64,000 nt of DNA from assembly GCA_008632985.1 (NCBI GenBank), contig QPGO01000039.1, forward strand, positions 434,001 to 498,000, written 5' to 3'. Both the position numbers and the translations under genes were made by a program. Shown piece by piece: positions 1 to 13,989 of the stretch; the stretch's first letter is position 1; each line of letters starts with the position of its first letter. The notes under the pieces were generated by a model that was not told the DNA's origin, did not search any database, and was given only the letters and a program-made list of their open reading frames with translations. The stretch is from Psammoneis japonica. Taxonomy: Eukaryota.

Positions 1-647
1 ACATCAACATCGTTAGTATTCCAGTTTTCAGGATTTGATACGATGGGCTGAATCAACGGAGAGTGCGCTTTCACCGCCACTTCTTTTTGACCCGGTTCCT
101 CGCTTTCCATTCCTGAAGTTTCTGATTCTGATCGTGAAGAGCTGACAGTGTCAGCCGAGAAGACTGGCATTGGCATGTTTTGATTTCCCATAGCGACGCG
201 TTCTTCATCTGAACCACATTTGCCCATAGACGTGATACTCAAAGGATTCCTTTCCAAGTTCGATTGTCCACTTCGAGAGCCATCCCGTAGAGATTGCTTA
301 ATTTTTCCCAGAGCACTGCTGCTGTCCATTTCTTGCCAGACATTGGCACAATCGCCATCATCATTCTCAACAAACCCGTTCTCCTTTGCTTCTTTCTCCG
401 TTAACATCTGCAGAAACCTTCCCGGTGGATCTAATGCACGTATAGAATCGATAATTTTGTATGAGACAACATTCTTGGTCTCTCGACTGGTCGTTGAGCA
501 ATACTCTTTTCTGAAGAACTGGCAAATATCACGAAACTGCTTCGAGCCACTGTGATCTCGACATGGGATACCGCGACCGAAAAGCACATCATTCTTATTC
601 GGCTCTCGAATGAACCTGGGTTGCGTCCCTTCGCCTTCTTCGGACAT
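1..647 (-). CDS. DUF6824-domain protein (diatom-expanded family), 5' part; runs off window start
   Basis: Manual translation from ATG at 647: MSEEGEGTQPRFIREPNKNDVLFGRGIPCRDHSGSKQFR...PPGRFLQ...WQEMDSSSALGKIKQSLRDG, matching the DVLxGRG / PPGRFL / W.E...K..Q.LRD pattern. Not in the ORF track, presumably because it lacks a stop inside the window. Confidence 0.8.
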   Translation of the reverse strand, partial: MSEEGEGTQPRFIREPNKNDVLFGRGIPCRDHSGSKQFRDICQFFRKEYCSTTSRETKNVVSYKIIDSIRALDPPGRFLQMLTEKEAKENGFVENDDGDCANVWQEMDSSSALGKIKQSLRDGSRSGQSNLERNPLSITSMGKCGSDEERVAMGNQNMPMPVFSADTVSSSRSESETSGMESEEPGQKEVAVKAHSPLIQPIVSNPENWNTNDVD

Positions 648-2132
648 CACGCTTTTAGGTACTAGTATGGCTTTGGAGGGGAATGTGGAGCGTCTGCGTC
701 GTATCTCGCATCTTCTGAGCAAGGTACAGATCTTCGTGCAAACGCGTCGCGTCGTTTTTAGAAAAAGGAAGTGCTGGTTGCTGGTGCGTGGTGCTGAACG
801 TTTCGCTATTTTCCGACTTTACTTTTTTGTTCGTTCGTGAAAAAAGTTTATACTCTACGTACTAAAAGATCGCTTCTCTACTGGACTTTATCATACAGTA
901 CGTACAGTACAGTGGGGCCCTATCTAGATTAGAGAGGACAAAATTTCACGCTGAATCGAATGGGCCACTCTGATCTTCTGAAAATTGAGTCTTGGGAGTA
1001 TGTATCCTTTTGAGCAGGTCAATTATTTTCCCGCCAAAATACTTAATTAATTTAATTCAGCCGTTAAGTCTTGTAACAGCAGGTGCGTCGACCGACGAAA
1101 CCTCCAGACAACAATGTTGCAGGTGCAAACTGGTGGATGGCGTCACCTTCTTTGCTGCACCGCAGCTGGGAAGCTGTCGCGAAACGGACAGCAGCTGGCT
1201 CTCCACCTGGCTGCTCAAGAGAGCAGCTGGTCTGGAGCAGAGAGTGGACAAGCTCTGCAGTGGATGACCTGCAGCACTTCGCGTTGTGCAGCCATCCCAA
1301 GCGGGCTGTCACCGAGGGATTGGTGCAGGAAACACTGGGTTTTCCTGACGCATTGTCTTCAAACGTCGTTGCAACAATGTTGAAGGGCACCAGACAATGG
1401 TGCTGGTGGAGTCACATTTTTTGAGGTTTTTTAGCTGAGTCTGACCCACTTGCACGGATTGACAGCAAGCACACATGTCAAAGTGTCGCAAGGCAATGTG
1501 GTCAGAGTGCCCAGGTCGATGCCGACTGGCGCTGTCACTTGACACTTCAGGGGTGCACACAAGATGCCCACCAAGCTCCAGAGCAGATGGGTTGAGGCAA
1601 GCTGTTTTGTGCTCATGACAAAACAGGCCTGCACAGCCAACAAAGATTTGAGGCTTCTTGATGCCCAAGAAGTTGGGCAGCGCGCTGAGCACAAAACATC
1701 TGTGACACCAACAATCCAGGTGTCGCACTAGCCGTCAAGATTTCTTGAAATAAAACCCAACATTTTCTCCCTTTAATCCAAGATCGTGCTGATTTGACAA
1801 GTCAGCTTTTCTGAAACATTCAACAACAAACATCTGTGTTCCTCAGCTCAACTGTTTGCCCCCCCATCCGACAAGCCTTGTGTGTGTGTTTGGTTCTATT
1901 TTAATTTCTGGATTGTGCATTAATTGGCTTTCTGGATCAAAATCGTCGCCTGCATCCATCAATCTAGATTCTAATTGTTTTCTCAATTTTCTCTCCCTGC
2001 CCATTCCATCCTTCCTTCCCGTCCATCCGCACGTTGCATCTCTGTGTTTCTGCCCTCACTGTGTCCCCAAGTGATTGTTGCTGCACCCACTGTTTCCTTT
2101 TGATTCTCTTCTCAACTCCTTCGTCTGTGTAC

Positions 2133-5100
2133 ATGGCCATGTCGTCTGATGGTCTTGTTTGTCCATGGTGCAAACGAACCGGTTTCTTTTCCGAACGTGG
2201 CCTCAGCAGGCACATCGTAACTGACTGCCTCCGTTCCGCCGTTTCCACCAAGTCTTTCAGTTGTCCTCGTTGCAGACAACGTGGATTTGACTCTGAAAAC
2301 AATGTGCAGTGTCACCCATCTCGGCACTGCACCGCAGCATCTGGTCTCCCTCCCCCATTGACACAGTTGTGCCATGCAACCCAACAGTCTTCTTCATCCG
2401 GCGGAACATCTCTTTCCTCTCATCCTCTGGATTCTGCCTCCGTCGGCTCCCTTGGATCCAACACCAACAAACCCAAATGTCCCCATTGCCGTGTTCCCTT
2501 TTCAAACATTGCCCTTCATCCACAGAAGTGCTTGCCCTGCTGTGAAAAGGAGGAAATGTCCCTTTGCCTGCATGCCGCACCTTCCACTGCCACCCACGCA
2601 CTTCCCCCTCCAGACGACGACCATGATGAATCACTGGACGACCATGATGATCCTGCTGGGTTTGGTTTCTCCGACAACGAACCCCCCAACCCCTCCCCGA
2701 AGTCCTTTGGAATCCAGCTCCATCTCCTCCCACACCAACGGACAATTCTTCTCCAGCTTGTCCTCCCTCTGCCGGAAGTGGACTACGCCCACCCTCCGTC
2801 AGATGCTCTGGTCGATTGCGTTCAGCCGCCAATGCTGCTGCCGCTGGTGCAGCCTCCCAAAATGTCCGCCGATTTGTTTTGTTTGCAGATGATGGTGTGT
2901 CTGCCCTTGGAGAGGACAGTCCTGTGGATGTTCCTGAGTTCATTGGAGCCGACCGTCGCGATGGCAGTTGTGGCCCCCCCTCAATTTCCCATCCGACAGA
3001 AGATCCTGTTTCCTCCCTTGATCAACACAACCCTCTTGGCCCGCTGCGTGACATCGCACCCAATGAGGATTTTGATGTGCCTCCAGTCCACTCACCCAGC
3101 ATTGCACCCATGGTGCGTTTGCTGCATTTGTGTCGTTGGTCAGGTGTTGCAATTGACTTTGTCGACAAAGCAATGAGAATTTTGCATGAAGAGCATGCAG
3201 AAAAAAGACTGGATTTGTCAAAGCCACCCATCACTGCCGCCGTGGCGATGAAGCAACTCCTGGGGTTATTTCCCAATGTTCCTCTCCCCCACACTGCTGC
3301 TGTGATGCTAGAATGTAACAATCCAACACAGCAACAGAAGGATGGACCCAAATGTCGTCGCTCCCCACCTTTCCCGGTTTGCAGTTTCACCGAGACCTTG
3401 CAGGATCTCTTCACCGAGCCAGTGTTCCGTGATCTTTCCAAGTTGCAGGTTAATCCAAATGATGTCTGGTCACCTTGTGTGCCACCCCCCACCGACGGCG
3501 ATTTGGAACCCAGTGCCAGCCCGGCTGACGGTTTTGAGATGTCGTTCCCGGGTTGTCCTGGTGACTGGCGATTGTCCACTCAAAGTCAAGACATGGGTGA
3601 TGGCGAGTGGCAACAACGTCACACCAATGCCAAGGAAACGGCATCAGATTTTCACGCTCACCTTGTCAATTGCTCGGACAAGACCAGAGTCAATGCGGTC
3701 AATCCTCATGGGATGGAGCCTGTGATGTGCTCACTTGCCATGATTCAAGAGGATGCACGCCGTGACTGCCGTTGTTGGCGTCCACTCGGATTCACACCCA
3801 ATTTGGACAGGAAAGACAAGAAAGACAAGCTTGGGCACCTTGTTGTTGCCAACTGTCACCGCATTCTCAAGGAGGTCCTCCGTGGTCTGCTTCATTGCCA
3901 GGTGAATCCACCCATTGTTCATGCAACAATGGGCACTCAATGCCGCTGTGTCAGAGCTGTGACACATTGCAACTCCCTGTTGGGGGACATCCTCAATCAA
4001 GAATGCATTTGTGGAAGAGTCATGGGCCAAAGCAAGACCAAGAGGTTGTCTCACAACTGCCATGTGCCCTCCCACCGTTCTGAAGACCCCCTTCATGTCT
4101 GCCAATTTTTTAACCAAGCTTTCATAGAGTTGCTCACTGCAGCTGCATTGGGTCCGGATCCAGAGGATGACAACAGCCATTGGCACCAGCATGTTGAAAG
4201 CGTTTCCCGGAAACATCGTACAATGACATCAAAAAAAGAGGCTGAGACTGAGCTGGCTTCATCCCTCATTCGCCGAATGACTGCATGCTCCAAAATTTTG
4301 AGAAAAGTGTTTGGACAGCACGCAGTGGACAATGCTTGCTTTCCACTTAACATGGGCAACAACCCACGTGGTGCATTTGGCATGACCGTTGCTGACACAA
4401 TGCATGTGTTGGAGGCGGGCATTGTCCCTCAAATGATGGAGGCAATCATCGGAGAGATGTCTGCCAAACAGAAAGAGGAATGCGACCGCATTGCATCTGA
4501 GTCATTCTGCACATCCCATTGTCGTCCAGGTCACAGACATGACTGCCCGTGAGTTAGAGTTAACAGGGGACTTTCCACGATAGATCGTCTGGACAGGCAG
4601 GAACAAACAATGCTTCATGCCTCCATTTGTGCGCACAAACACAAAACATCACGTCCAGTGAAATGACAACAGTGCCTTCAGGACACTCGTTGGACAGCAT
4701 CTCCTCGAGTTGGTTCTGTGTCGCGTTGTTGTCAAAAAGCATTCACCCATTGCAGTTGTTGAAGAAAATCTTTAAGTTGTTCAGATGGCACAACTGATGC
4801 ACAGCATCGTCTTCAGAGAGGAAGTCCTGATTGATCAGGGTCGGAAAGCGACTGGCATTGTTGTGCCACATGGCATTGCACCACTGTGAGCCAAGATCAT
4901 GACGGGGACGGTGGAACTCGATGCTGCAGGCATTGCAGGCAGGAACAAGCAGACGACAGGCAATCGCAAAACCGCCAACACCACCACCAAAGTCGAGGAA
5001 ATTAAAATGGCTTCAAATTTGTGCCGCAAAGAGAGCGGGGTTACAAACAACCTCGGTGGAGAAGGCAAAGCTTGCCGCACCACCGTGTGATTCCACACCA

Positions 5101-5590
5101 CCACCAGCAAAACGACCAATTTGATCATCAATTGGCGGCATGTGATTGTGGCAGAGGGAACACGCGTTCCCATGACGGGAACGACTCACAACAACCATGT
5201 CTCATTGACAACAACACACTTCAGTGGACATTAAAGTGGATTGGAAAATTTGGGCAACAGAGAGAGCAATTGGACAAATGTGGCATCGGGGAAGCAGAGG
5301 GATGACCTGTTAAGACAGGCATGACAAATGGGAGGTTTGACACAACTCAACACACCAAATGAAGCAGATGTTGCATCAACAAGGAAGCGCAATGCATGCA
5401 TTGACACAAGGAGACACAACACATTGTTTGGCATTGATCCAAATGACATGGCAATCTTCATTGGTGCACTGGATTGGCCAACAAAGGTGCACAATTCAAA
5501 ACAGTGAAACGTTGATAGAAATGCAAACATGGGGTTGGGAATGAGCACTCAAAAATGATGCAAAGACCTGTTTGAATCGAGAGAGGACAC
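2133..5590 (+). mobile_element. Decayed Plavaka/CACTA-like transposase gene with N-terminal zinc fingers
   Basis: CPWC..GLSRH, CPRC, CPHC finger-like motifs. Core HLVNCSDKT...GMEPVMCSL...RCWRPLGFTPNL and TVADTMHVLEAGI resemble Plavaka-type YxDKT / EP / WRPLGYIP / DxMH motifs with Tyr->Cys/His. Frameshifts and stops are present; 3' end approximate. Confidence 0.65.
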
Positions 5591-5789
5591 GCGAGCAACG
5601 ACAAAACTGAGAAAATCACATGCAAAAGTGCGTTCTTTTTGCAACTTGCCTTTCACAAAGTGACAGGAAAGGATGGAAGTTCCAAACAAGAGGAAGCCAT
5701 GGGGAAGGCAAAAAAAAAATGGAGGATGCGGTTCTCACAGGAGTGACGGAGGGAAGAAGTGTAACTTCCAGCGGCAAGTGAGATTGAGA

Positions 5790-6970
5790 AAGGACATGAC
5801 AAAGAATTGCTGATGAACTAACACAATTGTTGGATTGATCTGTGTGGTGTCACATGAAGTCACCATGAGTCCTGCGGTGGTGGCCTTGTTGCATGCACAA
5901 AGAAACGAACATGGGGAATTGAACAGATTCCAGCATGCAGGTGGCGATTCAAGTTCGGTGGTGACTCCCACAGAGGGATGTCTTGTGTTGGATCGTGCAC
6001 CGGCGGTGGGCAAGAAATTGACAGCATCGATGTTGACCAAGGTTGTCAATGAGAGTGTTTGGCCATGTCGCAAGTTCACAATCTTCGATCATGAACTCAC
6101 CATGGGAGGAGATTGCATGAAATTGGTTCTGCAGGAGTCAAGGAGCATGGCGTCTTCACCGGAGAAGTTCTGGGAAGAATGCAAAGAGGAGTTCAGGACC
6201 AAACTCAACCGAAAGAGGAACAATGTGCAGGACAACATTGGGAGGAGAATGACAGGCAAGCAGATGTGTGCGTGCCGGTGATTGTGTTGGAGGCGATTGT
6301 CCAGCGGGATGAGTGTCTCTTCCTTTGCCATTGTCTGTGCAGTTGCTGCTTTAGAGGGATCGCCAGTGGCTTGCAAAGACTTGACAAAGGGAAGAAATGA
6401 CAAGGACACATGCGCGTGGTTCTTGGAAACTGTGGTGCCGACGGTGGTGGGACAAGCACAGTTTGGCAGAAGCACAACCGACATGCTTCAGGAATGGCTT
6501 TCGGTTTCGTCGGAGGCGTTTGCTCTGCTGGTGTGCTTGAACTGCTGCAACAAGGTGAAGGACATGGCAGAGAAATTGGAAAAGGAAGAAAATGTTGCAA
6601 GGAGAAGAAAGCCAACTGTGAAAGATGCTCTGCTCCTGCAAAGTGCACAGCGCAGGCAGCGGGGGAATCGGCAAAGAGGAGCCAAGGATGGAGCAAGGAG
6701 GGGATCAACAAGTGCAATGATCCATGTCAGTGGGTGGTGAAAGACAGAGAGAACAACCAGGGATTCGGTGCATGGTTCAAGGAGAGAAGGCGAGAGAAGA
6801 CAAACTTGTCTCAGGAGGAAAACAAGAAACGCAAAAGAGAGGAAAAAAGAAAGGAGAGAGAGGAAGGATGGGTGGCGCCAATGGGAGAGGACCCACCATT
6901 GCAGGTGGTGGCTGCAGGCAATGGAGCAGCAGCAAATGCCACAATGGCCACCAACCAAACTGGTGTGTAA
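5790..6970 (+). pseudogene. Decayed accessory gene of the Plavaka/CACTA-like element
   Basis: Fragments FWEECKEEFRTKLNRKRNNV, SVSSEAFALLVCLN, GWSKEGINKCND resemble the EAF...N / GWS.EG...YN accessory ORFs of such elements; same strand as the transposase. Confidence 0.5.
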
Positions 6971-7599
6971 ACTTAATTTGAAACAAACAATAAAATCTGG
7001 ACAAGTGAAAATTAAAAAAAACATTCTGCGATGCGGTTTGGATGCAACAACGTGTGGCAATTGGGAATTTGGATTTGAAAACGGCATGGCAAAGAGACAA
7101 AATGTAGGACGAGTTGGCAGAAAAGGAGGGTGGATTACAAGCAGCAACATTTGTGTTAAAAGAACGAGAAACCCCAAATGTCAATTGGGGTGCAGGTCTG
7201 CATTGTGTGAAAGGAATGACCACACTTAAAAGTGAGAAGCGATTTGGGCTTTAGAAGCTTATAAACTCACACAGTTCTCATGTTGTGTTTGAGGAGAGAA
7301 TTGGCTTGTAAGTCGACAACAATCTGGCATTAAAGTCAAGAAACACCCAGATTGTGGCAGACGGTCAGACCCAGATTATTGGCATCCCAGATGAAGGATC
7401 TCCACTCCCCAGACATTTGCAAGGCCACATCTGAAAATGCTGGTGGGCTTTTCTGAAAGCAGCTCCAGCTGAAGGGAGAGTTGTCTGTTGTGGCACACTG
7501 TGCCTGCAAAGAGCAAGAGTTGCCAAGGTGTGCACACCTGCCACAACCATCTGTCTTGGGCGTGTGATGTTGACTGTTGACAAGTGCAGCAAGACAGTG

Positions 7600-8600
7600 G
7601 AAGCTCAAGGCAGCTCTGGCTAAAGAGCACTGGGGTGTGACACAAAGAATGAGTGCATGCACAGACATTGCAGGAAAACAAGTTCAAGAAAAAGAAAAGA
7701 AAAGAGGAGTTGCTGGAGGCCGAGTCCTCGGCAGCACAGCAGAAATCATCCAATGGCAGCAGTGCTGATGATGGCAATGCTCCTGACAATGGCGCCACAC
7801 CTGCCAATGACTTGACTCTGCTGCTGTTGGCTCCTTCTGGGAAGACACAACAGTGCAGAACCTGCTCAATGCAGGTGATGGAGAAGGTGCAAAAAAAGCA
7901 ACCAAGAAACAAATGGATGTGAGTTGACTGCTGGATTTGCTTTTCATGGTGGATGGAAAAAGAAGTGATCAAAGGAGGCAATCCTGATGACCTTTGCATG
8001 TCCAACATTGCTCATGTGATTTGATTGTGATGCCAGCATTTTGCGATTGTGCTCAACTGTGCATTGAAGAGGCTGCCAAAAAGGAGTGCTGCATGGCTTC
8101 ACTGCTCTGTCAGCAGTGCACAATTGATGACCTCAGCAACACCTGTGGCAAGAAGCACATCCATGGATGAAGTGTAAACTTGTTGGGTTCATGACAGCAA
8201 ACCTTTCTTGTCTTTCAACCAAGGTTGCCACAGACCACTTTTGTGTTTTGTGATGCGCCTGTGCCAGAACTCTGTTGCGGAGGGAGAGTGACAACCATTG
8301 CAAGAGTGGGGAAGATGCCATTGAGTTGGAATGATGGCAGCTCTTGAATCAGTGTGTGGATTGCTGCTGACCAGCAATCAGGACCAACAGTGCATTCTTT
8401 CTTCCAATGCAGTTTCCAACTGGGCAAATCCATTTGGCTTCAGGTGTGGACCAAACAAAAAGATGTGTTGCACTGACAATCATGAATGTCCTGACAATGT
8501 GAGCTGTTGGAATGTGATGGTCCATCAACACTTGATGAAACAAGAATGAATCCTGTGTTGGGTGCAACTTCCAAAAGCAAATGCCATGGCTGGACCTGGT
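7600..8600 (+). mobile_element. Relic of a DDE transposase (IS630/Tc1-like 'YxDGHE..DV' type), N-terminal part
   Basis: NWANPFGFRCGPNKKMCCTDNHECPDNVSCW reads as W...GF.Y...KK.YY.D.HE..D.V.YR after reverting TA/CG changes. Confidence 0.45.
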
Positions 8601-8879
8601 TGAAGCTGAAGCTCTCCCAGCACTTTTGTGCCTTGGCTTCATGGCTGCAACCTCTGCATGTTTTTCTGTGCAAGCTCTGGTGCAGATGTGACCTTTTTCC
8701 AACAGTGTGAAGATGGTTCCTGCTGCCTGCCTGTTCTGAACATTTTTTCCATCCTCATGCCTTTGTTTCATTGTCATGAGCAAGCTCACGTGGTGGAAGC
8801 AAAACAACTGGCATCGAGCCCTTTTGGCTTGTTTGCTTGTCATTCTTCTTGGTGTCTTTTCTTCTCACGCGCAAAGTTT

Positions 8880-9345
8880 CTGCACAAATTTCAGCACAAA
8901 TTTTGTGTGTTCTGCAAGTCATTTCAGATGGATGACTTGCCAAACTGTCAATGGCTCTCTGTCCATGCCTCTCAAGTGTCAACAACCCCCCTTCTGCCTG
9001 TTGTCAATTTGAGTTCCCCCTGCTTTACATGGCAAACAAGCTTCCATTGTTGCTGCTCTCAGAAGTTTGACTTTGACACCTGACTGCTCAGTGCACTTTG
9101 GCCTTTCTTCCATCTGCTGACAATTCCACACAAGTTTCAGCACATTTTCCACATGTCTCAAAGGTCATTTTGGATGATTGACTTGCCAAATGGTCAACTG
9201 CTCTCTGCACATGCCTCTCAGGCATCAATGGCTCCCTTTCTGCTCTTTGTCTGCTCAACTTCTCTGCTTCATGTGGCAAACGATCCCCCATCATTGCTGC
9301 TCCCTGAAGTCTGAATTTGAGACCAGCTCAGTGTGAGTTGGTGTT
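8880..9345 (-). repeat. Two diverged ~245-bp tandem units, possibly decayed HMG-box-like coding repeats
   Basis: gtcattt..gatg..tgacttgccaaa..gtcaa..gctctctg..catgcctctca occurs near 8918 and 9164. The minus-strand translation REPLMPER...KMTFETCGK...ELSADGRK is weakly HMG-like. Confidence 0.4.
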
Positions 9346-12300
9346 TGCCTCATTTCCTCCCTTTTCTCCAGCCAAAACTTTTCCAGACTGCCTGTTTCAC
9401 CTTTGCAGCCAGATCTGATTCCAAGAAGAAAGCTCAATTGCAGCATCAAGTGCTTTGGTTGCAATGTCTCATTTTGCTGGTCCTGTTTTTGCCACTGCCA
9501 GCTGTTTCCGGTGGGCACCACAGACTTGTGGTGTCAAGCTTGTCCATCTGTTGTGCATCCCTGCTGCACCATGTGATGTGCTGGGGGTGTGGGTTGGCTT
9601 GTTGTGCTGGAGTTGCAGGGTGGAAGTGTGGCAGCACTTTAAAATGAATTTTGGGTTTGGTTTGTTTTTGTTTTTGAAGCTCTCCCAGCAAAAACAGGGC
9701 ATGAACACCATGTCAATGGAGAAGACTTTGTTCAGCATTGTGCCAATGCTGTCATTGACTGAACATCCAAGCCTTGCACACAAGCTGTCTACTGCCTGCT
9801 GTGACAGAGTGGGTTGAGCTTTGCAGAAATGCCACCCATTCTGTGTTTGCCCAAACTTGCTGCTCAAAACATGACATGTTTGAGTGATTGCTCACATTTG
9901 CCCAAGTTTTGGCAGATTTCATTGGACCATGACACAACTGTCAAATGCAAAAAGGGATGCACTGCTTGGACTGTTGGTGTTGGGTGTTGTGTTCTCACAT
10001 GCTTTGCCGCTGGCAACATGCAGCAACAAGATGCATTGCATCCAAGCTCTTTTTTTTAATGTTGGTTTTGATTGTGCCAGCAGAAAAAAGGAGGGGACTT
10101 GAAAGTGACTGTGCAACAGCTGGCCTGATGGTCCAGGAGGTGGCTGCTGCAGGAGCAAAGGGTGGGAACACATTGCAGCTGCAGGAGGGTGACAATGTGA
10201 CGCCGAGTGAGTGAAGCCAAGCTGAGCACTGCAGCTGGGCTTTGAGCCCAAAACCCTGCCAGAGAGAGACCAGCCAGAGCTCTGCCAGCTCCAGGTGCTC
10301 CTCCTCCCAGTCTGGTTTGGCTGCTCAAGCTGTGATGTGCTGACCCAAAGGCTGTGTTTGGGCTGTGTGGTGGGTGGGAGAGAAGAGAAGCTTGTCAGCT
10401 GGACTGCTTGCCTCAGACCCTGCACCATGAGTGAGCTCTGGAGAAAAGAATGAGAGACATTGCAGTGCTGCTGAGATGTTGAGTCACCTCCTCAGGGTGC
10501 ACAACAACTCTTGGGTGCTCCAATGTTGCTCATGGCTTCTTTGCTCTTCAACTGCACAAATGCACAAATGATGCCATGTGTTGAAAGCAGAAAGCCAATG
10601 TGCTGAAGTTGCAACCACCAACTCAGAAAATTGATGCAGAGCAAGCTCATTTGTGCATTTGTTTTCTGCACCAAAGCAATGGTGCCAAAGGCAAAGCAGT
10701 GGCAAATCCTTGTTTGCTGTTGACATTTCTTCATTGCTCAGAATTTAAAATCTGGATGACCACCAAACATTTGGCTGTGTCTTTGTGTCAAAGTGGAGGC
10801 AGTGCTTGACAATTTGCACCGTCATTCAGCCAGCTTCTTGCTCTGACTTGAAGTTGAACAGGCACTTGATGATTTGCACTGTTCACATGGCATGTTCTGG
10901 CTCTGTGTCATTCAATGAGATGGGTGATGGGCTTGTCATCAACCAGCCACCAGAGCATGAAATTTTTGCCAATTGGAGGGTTTCTAATGTAAAAACTGGA
11001 CAAACAAATGATGAACAACAAACATTTTCAGTCAAGTCACTCACAAAAAGTGATTGTCTTTGAGTGTCTGTCACACGGCAGATTGTCAAACAGTGTGGGA
11101 CACCACACACAATGACAGTGCTGATGTGGGCAGTCATCCTTCAAGTGATTGTGCCATGTGTGTGGGGCATGAATTGCGCCACGCGCCACAAGGTCATGCC
11201 ACACATGGCACATTTGTTGCACACACAAAGGGGCAATTTCCAGAGTCATCACACACATGCCCAGCTTTAGACTGCTGTGATGCAGCAGCATGTGCCATGT
11301 CCAGAGACAACAGATCTTGCCAGCAACAAGGGCAGTGAACACAGAAATTGTAAAGGTGCTCCAAGCAAAAAGAAGTGGCACCATCAGCTGTTGCTTGTTT
11401 CCCATCTCTCTGTTGTCTTTTCTTCTTTTTTGCAGTGCAGTGGCTGTGACCCCTCCCCACCTCTTGTTCAGAAGTTTGCCTTTTGTCACAAGCCCATTTC
11501 ATCCACTTCCTTTCTGCTGCCATGTCAGGCACAATGGTCAAAGCATTTTGCTTTTCAACTTTTGCACAAAGTGCCTTGAGTTGGCAATGCAAGAGAAGCT
11601 GCCCCCAAGCTCTGGCAGCTGGGTTTGGCTCAGCTGTTGCTTGGTGCCTCACCTGGCCAAGGTTGTGCAGAGTTGATTTGCTTTTCTTTGCATGGCTTCT
11701 TGACTCCATTCATGTCACCCTGACAAAAACAAGCTTGCATTTTCTCACATTGCTTCTGCTGCTGCCCACCTTGTGCTGGCACATGCCGGGGGGCATTTCT
11801 GGCCACATCGTCAGATGCAGAGCCCAAAACTTGCTCTCTGTTCACCTTTTCATTTTGCCATTGCTCCATCTGCTTGCTGCTCCAGTGCACAGAGTCGCTT
11901 TCTGCTGCTGCTGCTGCTGCTCTTGCCACTCTTGGTGTTTCTGCAAGGCATTGTGCTGGGAGCTCTGCACCAAAATTGCACAAAGAAAATTTTCTAGCTC
12001 CACAGCAAGGTTGTGGAGCATGCTTGCCCTCATCATTTGTGACAGAAGCAGCACAGGGCATTGGAGAGACATCTTTGGCAAGTTCCAGTGCTCTTCCATG
12101 CTTCTTGGAAATTGCAGCAAGTGTGTTGAGAGACAGTTTTTTGAGAGGCACCAGCTCTCAACAACAAAATTGGATGACACCCCAAAGCAGTGTTCAAAGC
12201 GCTTTGTGTGGGGTGCTGCTTGGGGCCATGGACAACCTTCTCAGCAGCTGGCCAGCTGGGATGGTGGTGAGCTCCTGCTGGGCTGCACTGCAATGCATCT

Positions 12301-13989
12301 CAACTGGCTGCTTGCTTTTGCCCCCCACAGCAATTTCACAATTTTCATTTTTGGCACTTTGTTCATCCCTTCCACCTCCTGTTTTTTCAAGTTACAGCAC
12401 ACAGGGCTCTCTGCGAGGAGAGCTCCAGTGCTCAGCACCACCCTGGCTTTTTGCTCTGCCACCTGCAGCCATCAGCTCTGTGGCTGCTGGACATCTGCCT
12501 GCTTCTGCACAAACTCCTTGTCATCTGTGCATCATGCTTTGCTTCACACAAAATTGTTCCTTGTCCTTGAGTGCAGGCTTTGGCAACAGGTGCTTGTGAA
12601 ATGATCAGCTCACACACCACATTAAAATCTCAGTTGCTTTTGCATGCTGACTTTTGCTTTGCTTCAGCTGAAGCCAGCCAAAACCTGCTGGCCACACCCA
12701 GCCAAAAAATGCCTGTTGCACCCCTTGTTTTGCACCCAAAAGGCCAACAAACAACAAACATGCCCTGTTTGTGCAGAGCCAGTGCATTGACAAACACTGC
12801 ATTAGAGGCAGGCACCATGTCAAGCACTGAAGCTGCACACAACATCCCATGGGGAGCAAAATGAGAATTTTGGGGCACAAGTTGCCATGGCAGTGTGTGG
12901 TGTGTGGCAGTTTTTGACAACTTCTCTTGACTTCATGAGTCTTAACCCCAGAGAATGAGGGTGCCACTCCATTGTTGACCAACTGTGAAATTCACCAAAA
13001 CAAGCTGTGGTGACTCCAGAGAGGTGACTCAACTTCGACCAAGCTTCCATTGGAGTGACTTGGGCAAGTGTGTTGCACCAAGCAGCTGGACAAAACAAAA
13101 GCCAACAAAAGCATTGCTTTTCACACTGCACAAGACAATCACAGACAAGGTGGAAAAGAAAACCTTTTCAGCAGCAGCAAAAAAACATGGAAGAACAGAT
13201 TTCAGCCACTTGACACACACACCATTTCTGACTGGATTTCATGGACAAATTCCAGAGTTGCAACTTTGTCCCAATCCCAAAACAGCACCAACAAAAAAAG
13301 TGCAACCCTCTCCAGCTTTAAAAGCTGGCATCATTTCAATGTTTTGAACATGGTTGGAGTGAACAATTTGCAAGAAAGCAACTCAGCACTTTGACCCTGA
13401 TCTTTTTTTCTTTTGAAAGGTGCAACAGCATCAAGGCTGCAACTGACACTGGCACTGACTTCTTCTCCTGCTTGGAACTCCAGTGTCAGAAAGAAGAAGT
13501 GTGTGTCCATCACATTCTTTTTTGCAGTTTGGAAGCTGTGCCTTGTTCTGTCTCACAAGCACTTTGTGACCAAATCAAATTGAGTGGGAATGTTCTGTTC
13601 ATGCTGAAACCACAGCCCAAACTTGACAGAGCTGGAGCAGCAGTGTTTTGAGCAGTGAAAACAAAAAAAACCTTTTGAACTGCAGATCTCTCAACAAATT
13701 TGTTGCCATTGTGCAACATGTCACATTGGCGGCCACAAGCTGTGAGTGACCACCATGTGGCACTGGCAAGGTTCTTTGCATTGAGAGTGTGCACACCCAA
13801 CTTGTGACTCTGCATGCACTTGCTGTGGCTGGCAATTGGCAATGGGGTTGGGGGGCAACAGCAGCAACAAGTTCTTGCCAACAGAGGCAGAAGCCCGCTC
13901 TGCACACTGTTGGCAAGATCAAGTGGGTTGACCTCTCACTCATTTTTTGATTTGCTGTGTTGGCAATGGCATCAAAAGTGCTGGTGATG

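Noticed and set aside
900..7340. Terminal inverted repeats for the Plavaka-like element
   Set aside because: No matching ends found by eye.
10800..11100. Short ttgacaatttgcac-like motifs, two direct and one inverted, as transposon termini
   Set aside because: Too degenerate; no TSD or defined ends.
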